This document shows positions 9,693-19,006 of a DNA stretch of 64,000 nucleotides, in pieces (the first letter of the stretch is position 1; every line of letters begins with the position of its first letter). This DNA comes from an uncultured bacterium (GTDB taxonomy: Bacteria > Oederibacteriota > JAAXVQ01 > JAUVAV01). The notes beneath the pieces were generated by a model that was not told the DNA's origin, made no database searches, and saw only the letters and a program-made list of their open reading frames with translations. Both the position numbers and the translations under genes were made by a program. The stretch covers positions 224,001 through 288,000 of the forward strand of contig CAVQBK010000001.1 of NCBI GenBank assembly GCA_963710755.1. The letters run 5' to 3'.

Positions 9693-11773
9693 TGTGCCGG
9701 GTTCGCCTACTTCTGCTCTTCATTATATTCGGGTTAATCCCTTGGAATGCCGTCAGCCGGGCCACCCCTTCTCCTCAACATAATCTTGAACGCCTGACCG
9801 TAGCCGGACCGGTTGATCAACCGCCCTATGCCTTTATGAGCCCCAATGGTGTATACACGGGCTTCTCGGTAGACATGCTGCGCGAATTGGGCGAGTCTAT
9901 GCATGTGAACCATGTGCTTTTCTATCCCGGCAGCTTGGACCAATCGCTGCAAGCCTTGGAAAATAAAGAAGTAGAAGCTGTCCATTTCGCGCCTTACTCC
10001 ACCGCGTTGGCCAGAAAATATTATTTCGCCGCCTTTTATTTTGAAAGCACCAATGTGGTTTTTGCCACCCATGACCGCTACGACATCATGGACCTGACTG
10101 ACCTAAAGGGTAAGAAAATCGCGGTTATTCAAAACGACCCTGTATTCGATAAGCTACAACGCTCCGGGGAATATCTCATCATGCCGGTAGCTACCCCCGG
10201 GGATGGTTTTGCCATGGTCATCAGCAACAAGGTGGATGCTTATGTAGGGGAGCGGCTAAGCGGCCTCTATTACTTGGGCAAGGCTAATCTGCATCAACAA
10301 TTCAAAATACTGGACCGTGAAGTTTCCCGCATACGGTATGGTGTGTTGATCAATAAAAACCGTGAGGATTTGAAAGCTTTCTTTGATCAGGCCTTTACGG
10401 TCATGGAAAAAAACGGACGCCGGCAACGTGTGTTAAAACGGTGGTTTGGGGAAGGGGTGAGCGCCCAACGGCTTTACAGCCGGCCCATTATCCGTTGGGT
10501 CATGATTTTTATCGGCGCAGCCCTGATGGTATCGGTTATCGTATTGGGATGGAACTTGTTACTGCAACGGGAGCTGGAATTAAAAGCCATTGCCATGGAA
10601 AAAGTCCATCTGGATAGAAAAATTGCCGAGGAAAAAATACGTTTTGAAGCTATTGTTCAATCCATGACCGAAGGTCTGATGCTCGTGGATCCGCATGGAT
10701 TGGTGGCCTATGTTAATGGCCCGGGTCCTCATTATTTTGGACGCCGCATGGAGGATTTGCTCAACCAGCCGCTTGCCTTGTTGTATGATTTTTTATTGAG
10801 CAAGGTACGTCATGACACGGCTCTGAAAAAACAATTCCAGCAAGCGGAAAAGCACCCCACCAAACCTCTGGTCATTGAATATACCATTACCCAAAGCAAA
10901 CGTATGGATATTCGAATGAAGTATTTTCCCGTGCGCGACCGCAAAGGTCATTTTTCCGGGCGGGGTATTCTGATTGAGGATGTTACCCACGAACGGGAAT
11001 TGGACCGTTTGAAGTCAGAATTTGTTTCCATCGCCAGCCATGAACTGCGCACCCCTATGACCAGCATCTTGGGATTTTCGGAGATTATGCTGACCAAACA
11101 ACTGCCGGCTGATTTGGTGCACCGATACACTTCACAAATTCATTCTGAAGCAGAACGGTTGACTAGAATTTTAAACGATATGCTGGATCTAAGTTATCTT
11201 GAAAGCGGAGAGAGCGGTCTGGAAAAAACGCCGGCAAATATTGTTGACTTGGCCAAAGAAGTTATAGAAAATTTTAAGGCGCAACTCAAAAACCGCCGCG
11301 AAATAATTATGGAAACCGGTTCCGAAGATATTGTTATCAGCATTGACAAGGATAAGATGACCCAGGTCCTATGGAACTTGCTTTCCAATGCCGACAAATA
11401 TTCGCCGGCCGGCAAGCAGGTGCATATCGTCCTCGGTTCCAGTAAAGGTACGCCGGTTTTTGAAAATGGCCCGGACGAGCCTACGGTCGTAAATCAGGAT
11501 GGGGTGCTTATCCAGATTACGGATTATGGTCAGGGCATTCCTAAAGACCAGCTCTCCATGATTTTCATCCCCTTTTACCGGGTGGAAACTGCGGTACATA
11601 CCATTCGTGGTACCGGTCTGGGATTGGCCATAGTAAAAAGAATTGTGGAAGCCCACGGCGGTAAGGTCTGGGCAGATAGTATTCTCGGCCAGCAAACCAC
11701 ATTCACCATGTTTTTCCCAATGGTGAAAAACGAACAGTCTAAAGGCGGCGACCGTGAAGAAAATAATTGTTGA
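9692..11773 (+). CDS. Sensor histidine kinase: periplasmic solute-binding (family 3-like) domain, TM, PAS, HisKA, HATPase
   Basis: Signal/TM at N-terminus; PPYAF...TGFSVD and DLKGKKIAV; second TM; H-box ASHELRTP, NLLSNADKYS, DYGQGI, GTGLGL; start overlaps upstream stop (TAATG). Confidence 0.92.
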   Translation: MCRVRLLLLFIIFGLIPWNAVSRATPSPQHNLERLTVAGPVDQPPYAFMSPNGVYTGFSVDMLRELGESMHVNHVLFYPGSLDQSLQALENKEVEAVHFAPYSTALARKYYFAAFYFESTNVVFATHDRYDIMDLTDLKGKKIAVIQNDPVFDKLQRSGEYLIMPVATPGDGFAMVISNKVDAYVGERLSGLYYLGKANLHQQFKILDREVSRIRYGVLINKNREDLKAFFDQAFTVMEKNGRRQRVLKRWFGEGVSAQRLYSRPIIRWVMIFIGAALMVSVIVLGWNLLLQRELELKAIAMEKVHLDRKIAEEKIRFEAIVQSMTEGLMLVDPHGLVAYVNGPGPHYFGRRMEDLLNQPLALLYDFLLSKVRHDTALKKQFQQAEKHPTKPLVIEYTITQSKRMDIRMKYFPVRDRKGHFSGRGILIEDVTHERELDRLKSEFVSIASHELRTPMTSILGFSEIMLTKQLPADLVHRYTSQIHSEAERLTRILNDMLDLSYLESGESGLEKTPANIVDLAKEVIENFKAQLKNRREIIMETGSEDIVISIDKDKMTQVLWNLLSNADKYSPAGKQVHIVLGSSKGTPVFENGPDEPTVVNQDGVLIQITDYGQGIPKDQLSMIFIPFYRVETAVHTIRGTGLGLAIVKRIVEAHGGKVWADSILGQQTTFTMFFPMVKNEQSKGGDREENNC

Positions 11774-13901
11774 CCACTTAAAAAAACAGGAAAAGAAAAT
11801 CTACAACCAAGTCCTGGATCAGGCCCGGCTCACCATAAAGAGTTACCAAATGGCGACCTTGTACGATCGCGCCAACATGGACAATACCATTTCGGCTACG
11901 TTACAGGTCATATTTCAGCTGGTTGCCCGGGAAGAACTCAATAACCAGGAATTCGACAATATGCTCAGTGATCTTGGTGAGCGCCGGGCCCGCCAGGGTG
12001 TGCCTTTGGCGGATGTGGTGGGATTGTTTAAAATTCTGAGAGAGATCCTACTTAAATCCATCAAGCAGGTCATCCATCAGAATCCCCAATTGGAGGTGAA
12101 AGCGCTTTTAACCTTCGCCTCCATCTTAAACGATATTTTTGACCGCATCGATATGCGCATCGTGAAACAATACATCGAAATCAAGGACAATATCATTCAG
12201 GCCCAAGAATCCTTTTTGAACCATAAATTCAGCAGCTTGTTTCAACTGGTGGAATCCATTTCCAATAATTTAAATATCGATGAGTTCTGCGGGCATCTAT
12301 TGGACTATCTTAATCAATTTTACGATGTGAAATTATCCGCGCTTTTCCTATTGGATGACAAAGAGCAAGACCTATACCCACAAATGGTTCGGGGATTGAG
12401 CAGGCGCTATCAACATGAACAACGGCTGCCGGTTAAAAACAGCCTGATAAAAAAAATCGTGGTCGACGGCAAGGTCATTACGACTAGGGACCGTCCTTAT
12501 AATTGGAGCGATATTACCGCCAGTACGGGGGCGCGGGAAACCGCGGGAGAAGAAACTGGGGTTCAAAAAAACGCCCCGGAATGCAGCTCTTTATATGCTC
12601 CTCTGATCGGGCGGCAACGGATTTACGGCATGGTTTCTCTCCACAGTCTGGTTGCCAAAGAATACAGCCAAACCGAAATCCAACAATTTGAAACCTTGGC
12701 TCGCATTGTGACCGTGGCCATTGAAAATGCCCGTTTTTATCAACATTTGATCGAGGAAAAAGGGAAACTGGATGCCATTGTCAATTCCGTGACAGACGGC
12801 TTTATTCTGATTGATTTTCACGAGGAAATCGTTTTTATCAACGAAAAGGCGGCTGGCTATTTCCAACTGTCTGCTTATAAACTCCTGGGACTTTCAGCCA
12901 GTATCATTTCCGAGCGCCTGTTACAGCAGGCCAAAGACCCTTATACTGTACAGTCTGTTTATTTGCGGGCCTTGGCCAATATTTCCGATCATCCGGTGAT
13001 TAATTTTACTCTTTATAAGCCTGATTTGATCGATGTGCGCTTCACTATGTTCCCTGTCAAGGACCGGGAACACCATCTTATCGGCCGCGGCATTTTAATC
13101 GAGAATATCAGCCATGAAAACGAGATCAATCGCATGAAGTCCGAATTCGTGGCCCTCGCCAGTCATACCATGCGCACCCCTATGACCAGTATCCTGGGCT
13201 TTGCCAGTTTGCTCATGGAAGAACGGCTCAGTGAAAACACCCAAAAAAAATATGTCACCAATATTCACAAGGAAGCCCAACGTCTTACATCTGTACTCAA
13301 TGATATGCTGGAAATGGCCAATATCGAAGCTGGCAAAATCGCCCTGAAACTTAATCCCGTAAATCTTCAAACGGTGGTGGAACGAGCTGTGGCCGTACGT
13401 CAAAAAGAGACTGCTGATGAAATCATGCTCAAGAATCAGGTTAAGAAAATGCCGGTTATTTTGGCGGATGAGGAAAAAATAGAACAAGCCCTTAACAACT
13501 TAATTGCCAATGCCGTCAAGTACGCCAATCACAGTATTGTGGTGACAGTAAAAAAAACCAAGGCTATTGTTTTTAAAAAAGGATGGGTACATTCGCATCT
13601 GGATGATCGTTATATGAGTTCTCTGTTTCCAGCCATTCAAATCAGTGTGGAAGATAATGGGGCGGGCATTCCCTTGGATCAATTGGATGCTATCTTTGAA
13701 CCTTTTTACAGATTGCCGGTAGAAAAACAGTTCGTACAGGAAGGTTCCGGTCTGGGCCTGACGATTGCCAAGTATAGCATCGAAGCTCATGGCGGCAGGA
13801 TTTTTGCGGAAACCAAGGAAGGGAAAGGCAGCTTATTTACTATGATTTTGCCCATTGAATTGGCCAGCCCTAATAAAACCATTGCCGGCTATGATCGCTA
13901 G
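11754..13901 (+). CDS. Soluble histidine kinase-like protein: RsbRD_N-like globin domain, GAF, PAS, HisKA, HATPase
   Basis: LGERRARQGVPL (RsbRD_N-like); GAF; H-box ASHTMRTP; NLIANAVKY, DNGAGI, GSGLGL; GTG start overlaps the previous gene by 20 nt. Confidence 0.9.
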   Translation: MKKIIVDHLKKQEKKIYNQVLDQARLTIKSYQMATLYDRANMDNTISATLQVIFQLVAREELNNQEFDNMLSDLGERRARQGVPLADVVGLFKILREILLKSIKQVIHQNPQLEVKALLTFASILNDIFDRIDMRIVKQYIEIKDNIIQAQESFLNHKFSSLFQLVESISNNLNIDEFCGHLLDYLNQFYDVKLSALFLLDDKEQDLYPQMVRGLSRRYQHEQRLPVKNSLIKKIVVDGKVITTRDRPYNWSDITASTGARETAGEETGVQKNAPECSSLYAPLIGRQRIYGMVSLHSLVAKEYSQTEIQQFETLARIVTVAIENARFYQHLIEEKGKLDAIVNSVTDGFILIDFHEEIVFINEKAAGYFQLSAYKLLGLSASIISERLLQQAKDPYTVQSVYLRALANISDHPVINFTLYKPDLIDVRFTMFPVKDREHHLIGRGILIENISHENEINRMKSEFVALASHTMRTPMTSILGFASLLMEERLSENTQKKYVTNIHKEAQRLTSVLNDMLEMANIEAGKIALKLNPVNLQTVVERAVAVRQKETADEIMLKNQVKKMPVILADEEKIEQALNNLIANAVKYANHSIVVTVKKTKAIVFKKGWVHSHLDDRYMSSLFPAIQISVEDNGAGIPLDQLDAIFEPFYRLPVEKQFVQEGSGLGLTIAKYSIEAHGGRIFAETKEGKGSLFTMILPIELASPNKTIAGYDR

Positions 13902-13951
13902 GACAGCGTGATCCGGTTTTTGACAGGGGAGCAGGAGCAGCAAGAGTTGTC

Positions 13952-15274
13952 TTAGGTCTCCATGTATTTGATTGCTTCTTCAATGGTGGACGCAGCATTG
14001 GCAATCTCTTGAATGTTTTGGGTAATATCGGACATGGAATTATTAAGTTCTTCCATACTGGCTGCCACTTCTTCCAAACCGGAGGCATTGTCTTCGGCAA
14101 AAGCAATGACTTCCTTCATGTTTTTCCTGATCATATCCGTGCGGGAAATTTGATTTTTAGATTCCGAAGACATGTTCGATACTTTTTGTTCAATATTATT
14201 GACCGCATCCAGGAGCAGTTTAAGGGAGTTATCCGATTCGCGCATAGCCTTGCGTCCGCTGTCCACTTCCTGCGACCCTTCCGACATAGACGTGACCGCC
14301 ATTTTGTTCTGCGACTGAATACGTTGCACCAGGGTGGCAATCTGTTTGGTGGCGCTGCCAGATTCTTCGGCCAGTTTTCGGATTTCATCGGCTACCACGG
14401 CAAAGCCACGACCGGCATCACCGGCCCTGGCCGCTTCAATAGCCGCATTGAGGGCCAAAAGGTTGGTCTGATCGGCGATATTATTGATGACTTCCAGAAC
14501 TTGGTCGATTTCCTCGATGGTACCGCTAAGTTCCTGGACTTGTTTCACATTCTCCTCAAAAATGGCAAAAAGGATATTCATCTTTTCAATGGCCTCACTG
14601 ATGATAGCTTTACTGCCATCCGACGTTTGCCGGCTCATACGGGATACATCCACAGCACTGTCCAATTCACGCATAAAGGATTTAAGCGAATTGGCTTGTT
14701 CCTCAATGGTTTCTGCAGAATTGACGGTATGTTCTTTTTGCTGTTCCGCATTGGAGGCAATAGTGGAAATATTGGAGGTCACTTCAATGGTAGCTGCACT
14801 GATCTCCTGGGAGAGAGAAGAGAGATGTTCCGAGGAAACATGCAGAGTCTTGGTAAGCAAACGGGTTTCACTGATGATTTTATGGACATTGTCCATAAAA
14901 CTGTTGAAACTCTCGCTGATTCTGCCCAATTCACCGGAACCACCTTTGGACAAGCGGTTTTTCAAATTGACCTGGCCCTTGGAAAATCCTTCCATGTATT
15001 GGATAAGAAAATTGTTGATTTCATCAATGCTCTGAAACATAGTTCGCGATTGCCAGAATAAAAAAGCCACTCCAGCCAATGAAAAAATAATGGCCAGCAG
15101 GACAAAAAGCAAGGGTAATTTAAAAATCTTGGTACAAATCAGAATAAACAGCGTAAACAATCCCGCCACCAGGATACTTGAAATCAATACCCTCTGGCTG
15201 GAGCCTTTACTCGAGATGGTGTCGGTGATGTTCAACGTATCCCCCTCCATTAATGGATAGACTGCAGATGCCAT
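13952..15274 (-). CDS. Methyl-accepting chemotaxis protein (two adjacent TMs, HAMP, signalling domain)
   Basis: [38 protein letters not shown] signature. Confidence 0.93.
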   Translation of the reverse strand: MASAVYPLMEGDTLNITDTISSKGSSQRVLISSILVAGLFTLFILICTKIFKLPLLFVLLAIIFSLAGVAFLFWQSRTMFQSIDEINNFLIQYMEGFSKGQVNLKNRLSKGGSGELGRISESFNSFMDNVHKIISETRLLTKTLHVSSEHLSSLSQEISAATIEVTSNISTIASNAEQQKEHTVNSAETIEEQANSLKSFMRELDSAVDVSRMSRQTSDGSKAIISEAIEKMNILFAIFEENVKQVQELSGTIEEIDQVLEVINNIADQTNLLALNAAIEAARAGDAGRGFAVVADEIRKLAEESGSATKQIATLVQRIQSQNKMAVTSMSEGSQEVDSGRKAMRESDNSLKLLLDAVNNIEQKVSNMSSESKNQISRTDMIRKNMKEVIAFAEDNASGLEEVAASMEELNNSMSDITQNIQEIANAASTIEEAIKYMET

Positions 15275-15447
15275 GCCGTTGATTATGGCTGCATGTTTGG
15301 CAGCACTGGATCAGCCCTCTAGTCGAACGGTACTACCGATGTTATGCCATGCCTTATAAATTCTTGGAAATTAAAGTTAATTCATATATAATTGCTGATT
15401 CTTAAATAAGCCTATTTTTGCTGCTATTTTAATTGTCTGGAGCTTCC

Positions 15448-16584
15448 ATGTCAATCTTATTTGAAATCCAACGTCAAGATCATCAGGCGCGTGCCGGCCT
15501 ATTGCAGTTACCAGGCCGCAATCCCATGGAAACGCCCCTTTTCATGCCTGTCGGTACCCAGGGTACTGTCAAAACCTTGGACAGCATGGACCTTAAAAAT
15601 CTGGGTGTGGCCATGATGCTGGCCAATGCTTATCATCTATATTTACGGCCGAGTGGGCCACTTCTTGAGGCTTCCGGTGGACTTCATGGCTTTATGAATT
15701 GGGACGGCGGTATTATTACCGACTCCGGTGGGTTTCAGGTTTTTTCTCTGTCCGACTTCAGAAAACTTTCCGAGGACGGGGTGGAGTTCGTTTCTCATTT
15801 GGATGGGTCGCGGCATTTTTTCACCCCCCAATCCAATATGGATCTGCAGCACCAATTAGGGGCTGATATCATGATGGCTCTTGATGTTTGCGTGGCTTAT
15901 CCATCGCCAAAGGAAGAAGTGTTAAGGGCCGTAGAATTGACCACCCGGTGGGCGAGACTATGCAAGGAAGCCCATGAAAAAAGCTTGTCCCATCAGTCGC
16001 TTTTCGGCATCATCCAAGGCGGTATCTTCAAAGATTGTAGGGAAAAATCAGCGAAGGAATTAATGGACATGGATTTTCCCGGTTATGCCATTGGCGGCTT
16101 GTCAGTAGGTGAAGGTCCTCAATTGATGAATGAAGTGCTTGATTTTTTGGACCCTTTAATGCCCGCGACCAAGCCTCGGTATCTAATGGGCGTTGGTACT
16201 CCCGAAGATTTATGGTCAGGCATTGAGCGCGGTGTGGATATGTTTGACTGCGCCATGCCCACCCGCATAGCCCGCAACGGCACTCTTTATACCTCCCAGG
16301 GTAGACTGGTGGTTAAAAACGCACGTTACAGCCGGGATTTTTCTCCACCTGACCCCAATTGCAACTGTCATTGCTGCCGACATTATTCTCGTGCTTATTT
16401 AAGACATTTGTTCAATACCAAGGAGATCATTGCTCTGCGACTTTCCACTTTACACAACCTTACGTTCATGCTAAATTTGACTCGTTTTATTCGTCAATCA
16501 ATCCTGGAAGGCCGTTTTCAACAAGCTAAATCCCAATTTTTTAATCAATATCGATCCGGAGATAGTGACCAGAAACCGGCGTGA
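15448..16584 (+). CDS. tgt: tRNA-guanine transglycosylase
   Basis: TPLFMPVGT, TDSGGFQVFSL, GIIQGG, YLMGVG, DMFDC, Zn site CNCHCC, YSRAYLRHL. Confidence 0.97.
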   Translation: MSILFEIQRQDHQARAGLLQLPGRNPMETPLFMPVGTQGTVKTLDSMDLKNLGVAMMLANAYHLYLRPSGPLLEASGGLHGFMNWDGGIITDSGGFQVFSLSDFRKLSEDGVEFVSHLDGSRHFFTPQSNMDLQHQLGADIMMALDVCVAYPSPKEEVLRAVELTTRWARLCKEAHEKSLSHQSLFGIIQGGIFKDCREKSAKELMDMDFPGYAIGGLSVGEGPQLMNEVLDFLDPLMPATKPRYLMGVGTPEDLWSGIERGVDMFDCAMPTRIARNGTLYTSQGRLVVKNARYSRDFSPPDPNCNCHCCRHYSRAYLRHLFNTKEIIALRLSTLHNLTFMLNLTRFIRQSILEGRFQQAKSQFFNQYRSGDSDQKPA

Positions 16585-16591
16585 AGCTAGA

Positions 16592-16617
16592 AGTATGAGC
16601 CCTTAATAGCTCATACT
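16592..16617 (+). terminator. Hairpin downstream of tgt
   Basis: agtatgagc-N8-gctcatact; no U tract. Confidence 0.35.
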
Positions 16618-16639
16618 CCAGAGCATTTAAGAGTAGAAG

Positions 16640-16811
16640 TTCTTGTTACGGAAAGACCTTTTTTTGAAAATGATATCTGACCATAGTTGTCATTCCGGCA
16701 GGCTCTTAGCTGGAATCCAGCGATTTGTAAAAGTTAATTCCGGACCCCGGCTAAAACCATGCCGGGGTGATGGAAGTTTGAAATGGTAATTATTGCTTTC
16801 TGCAACAAGAA
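16640..16811. mobile_element. MITE-like element, copy 1: 16-bp terminal inverted repeats enclosing a REP-like double hairpin
   Basis: TIRs ttcttgttacggaaag / ctttctgcaacaagaa (14/16); internal gtcattccggc...ggaatccag ... ccggaccccggc...gccggggtgat; related inverted copy at 51292-51471. Confidence 0.65.
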
Positions 16812-16916
16812 TTAGCTAGTAGGAAATAGACAAAATAGATTAAATGTGTCTGTTTTCAATAATTTACTCTCAAGAAATGACTAATATTTTCAAAAAAAGC
16901 CTGAGGAGGCAAGACC

Positions 16917-17279
16917 ATGATGAATTTAATGTTAATGGCCGCAGCGGCACCAGCCGCACCGGCAAGTGCAGGTAATGCAGCTGCCAGCCCTTTAATGGGG
17001 CTGGGCGGTTTTTTACCGATTATTTTAATTTTTGTACTTTTCTATGTGCTGTTTATTTTGCCACAGCGTAAACAACAAAAGCAGCATGAAGCTTTGCTAA
17101 AGTCATTAAAAAAAGGGGATAAAGTTATCACCTCCGGCGGCATGTTCGGTGTGATTTCCGATTTGAATGAAGCTGATCATACGGTGTTTGTTAAATTTGC
17201 CGATAATGTCAAAATTGAAATCCAGCGCTCATCTATTGCCGGTTTAAGAAACACGCCCAAACTGGAAGAAAAGAAATAA
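16917..17279 (+). CDS. yajC: Preprotein translocase subunit YajC
   Basis: TM then FILPQRKQQKQH, LKKGDKVITSGGMFG; SD GAGGAGG; follows tgt. Confidence 0.95.
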   Translation: MMNLMLMAAAAPAAPASAGNAAASPLMGLGGFLPIILIFVLFYVLFILPQRKQQKQHEALLKSLKKGDKVITSGGMFGVISDLNEADHTVFVKFADNVKIEIQRSSIAGLRNTPKLEEKK

Positions 17280-17291
17280 TTTGCCTCCCTC

Positions 17292-17335
17292 AAAGCACAC
17301 AAGGCCGGAAACGAGCCTTGTGTGCTTTAGTTTAT
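17292..17335 (+). terminator. Intrinsic terminator after yajC
   Basis: aaagcacacaaggc-N9-gccttgtgtgcttt followed by T-rich sequence. Confidence 0.75.
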
Positions 17336-17344
17336 TGATCTGGA

Positions 17345-18979
17345 GTGGCCATGCGCCTTAATGCACTGATACTCAGCCTTTTAATGGTAGGACTTAGTCC
17401 GGCCGCCAGTATCCTGGCTGAGACCAGTCCTGTTTTACAAGCCTTCCAAACCCTGCATAGTTCTGCTGACTTCAATCAAAAAGTCCAGGCTTATATCCGG
17501 CATTTTGACGATACTGCAGCTGTTCATCCTGAAAAACAGGATATTTATTTGCAGCAATTAATTCTAAGCAGGTACTTTGCCTTGATGGCCCAGGACCGGC
17601 AGGACCGTGAAGCTGCTTTACTGGCTTTTTTCCAAAATAGTCCCTGGTCAACCCAAACCGCACTCCTTGATGTTTTTTCCAAAATGCAATCATCCCGAAT
17701 CAGCGCAGCCTTACTGGACACTGCCGCCAAAGAGCCGGACGAGGATAAAAAATTAACCCTGGAAGAAGTGGCCCTGCAATCCCAGCCGGACAGTTTTAAC
17801 CCTCAGGCCACCATTGGCAGTGCGCCCCAATTGGTGCAAGATTGGTCAGTTTACCTGGCCAAAGGCAACACGCTGGTGGTGCAGGCTACCTTGGACTTGC
17901 TGGCTAATACCACCACCGGCTACAGCACTATCGTAAATGGTGCCGGGCAGGCCAAACGGCAGCTCTTTCCCGCTATGGCCCAATTAAAAGCTTTGGCCCT
18001 GGACATCACCGATTATTTCCTCTTAAATGATGCTGCCATCCGCACGTTGATCCTGAATAATCATGAGGTCCCCACGCTTACAGCCATGATGCCGACCTTG
18101 AAAAAACTGGCTTTAACAGCCTTAGCCAACGGTGATGCCGAACTGATGGGGAGATCTCTGATTGCACTTGGAAACAGCTGGGATATGGAACCGGAAAAAA
18201 CCTTTTACCGCGGACTGGAAGCCGGATTAAAAGGCCAGCAAGGCATCCTTCAGAGGGACTTAACCACCCTTAAAAATCAGTCCAGCCCCTATGCTTTGGG
18301 GCTAATGGGTTGGGAACAGCACCATCGTTTTCTTTCCGGACAATCTAAATGGCAGTACAAGCCGCTAAATATGCCACCAGCTGAGTTGGCCGCAGCCGCA
18401 GTTAAAGCCCTTGATACTTGGACGACTTGGTTTAGCTTTCAGGCGATCACCAATATTAAGCCCTCAGGCAGGCATATGCTCGGTTTGGATGTGCTTCCCT
18501 TGGTGGTATGTGCACGGACACCTTCAGGTGGTGTTCTGTGCTCCATTGCCGCCGAGGAAAGCGACTGTTTAATGCTGCATCAGGAAATGATGACCCGCTG
18601 GAGTTCCAGCCGTGGGCAATGGTCGGACATCTCAAATTTCCTTATCTATGATCAGCTCCAGGCACAGTTTTCTCAGGAAGCTTTGAAAACCTTCCTTCAA
18701 ACGCATCGCCCGTCACGAACTGTTGAGATAGAACGACCGGGAACTGGGCGACTTATAGGATTGACTTATTTGCTGGCCTCCGCAACTGCCTTGCCGGAGA
18801 TGCCACAACCACCGGGCGTTCATCCTGTGCAACTCGTCCTTTATCTTGATCAGCAAACCCAGTTGCCCTCAGGCTTGGAAATAACTTATCAATTAAACCA
18901 AAGCCCGTCCCCGGCCTTTGCCAGCCTCACCACCTTCTCTACCGGGGATCCTTTTTTACTTGATTGGCTGAAACATTAA
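17345..18979 (+). CDS. Hypothetical exported protein
   Basis: 544-aa ORF with signal-peptide-like N-terminus; no motif recognised. Confidence 0.7.
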   Translation: MAMRLNALILSLLMVGLSPAASILAETSPVLQAFQTLHSSADFNQKVQAYIRHFDDTAAVHPEKQDIYLQQLILSRYFALMAQDRQDREAALLAFFQNSPWSTQTALLDVFSKMQSSRISAALLDTAAKEPDEDKKLTLEEVALQSQPDSFNPQATIGSAPQLVQDWSVYLAKGNTLVVQATLDLLANTTTGYSTIVNGAGQAKRQLFPAMAQLKALALDITDYFLLNDAAIRTLILNNHEVPTLTAMMPTLKKLALTALANGDAELMGRSLIALGNSWDMEPEKTFYRGLEAGLKGQQGILQRDLTTLKNQSSPYALGLMGWEQHHRFLSGQSKWQYKPLNMPPAELAAAAVKALDTWTTWFSFQAITNIKPSGRHMLGLDVLPLVVCARTPSGGVLCSIAAEESDCLMLHQEMMTRWSSSRGQWSDISNFLIYDQLQAQFSQEALKTFLQTHRPSRTVEIERPGTGRLIGLTYLLASATALPEMPQPPGVHPVQLVLYLDQQTQLPSGLEITYQLNQSPSPAFASLTTFSTGDPFLLDWLKH

Positions 18980-19006
18980 TAGTCATACCATCTATAAAGG
19001 ACCATC

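Noticed and set aside
14009-15061. 350-aa + strand ORF
   Set aside because: Entirely antisense to the MCP gene; typical shadow ORF with no motifs
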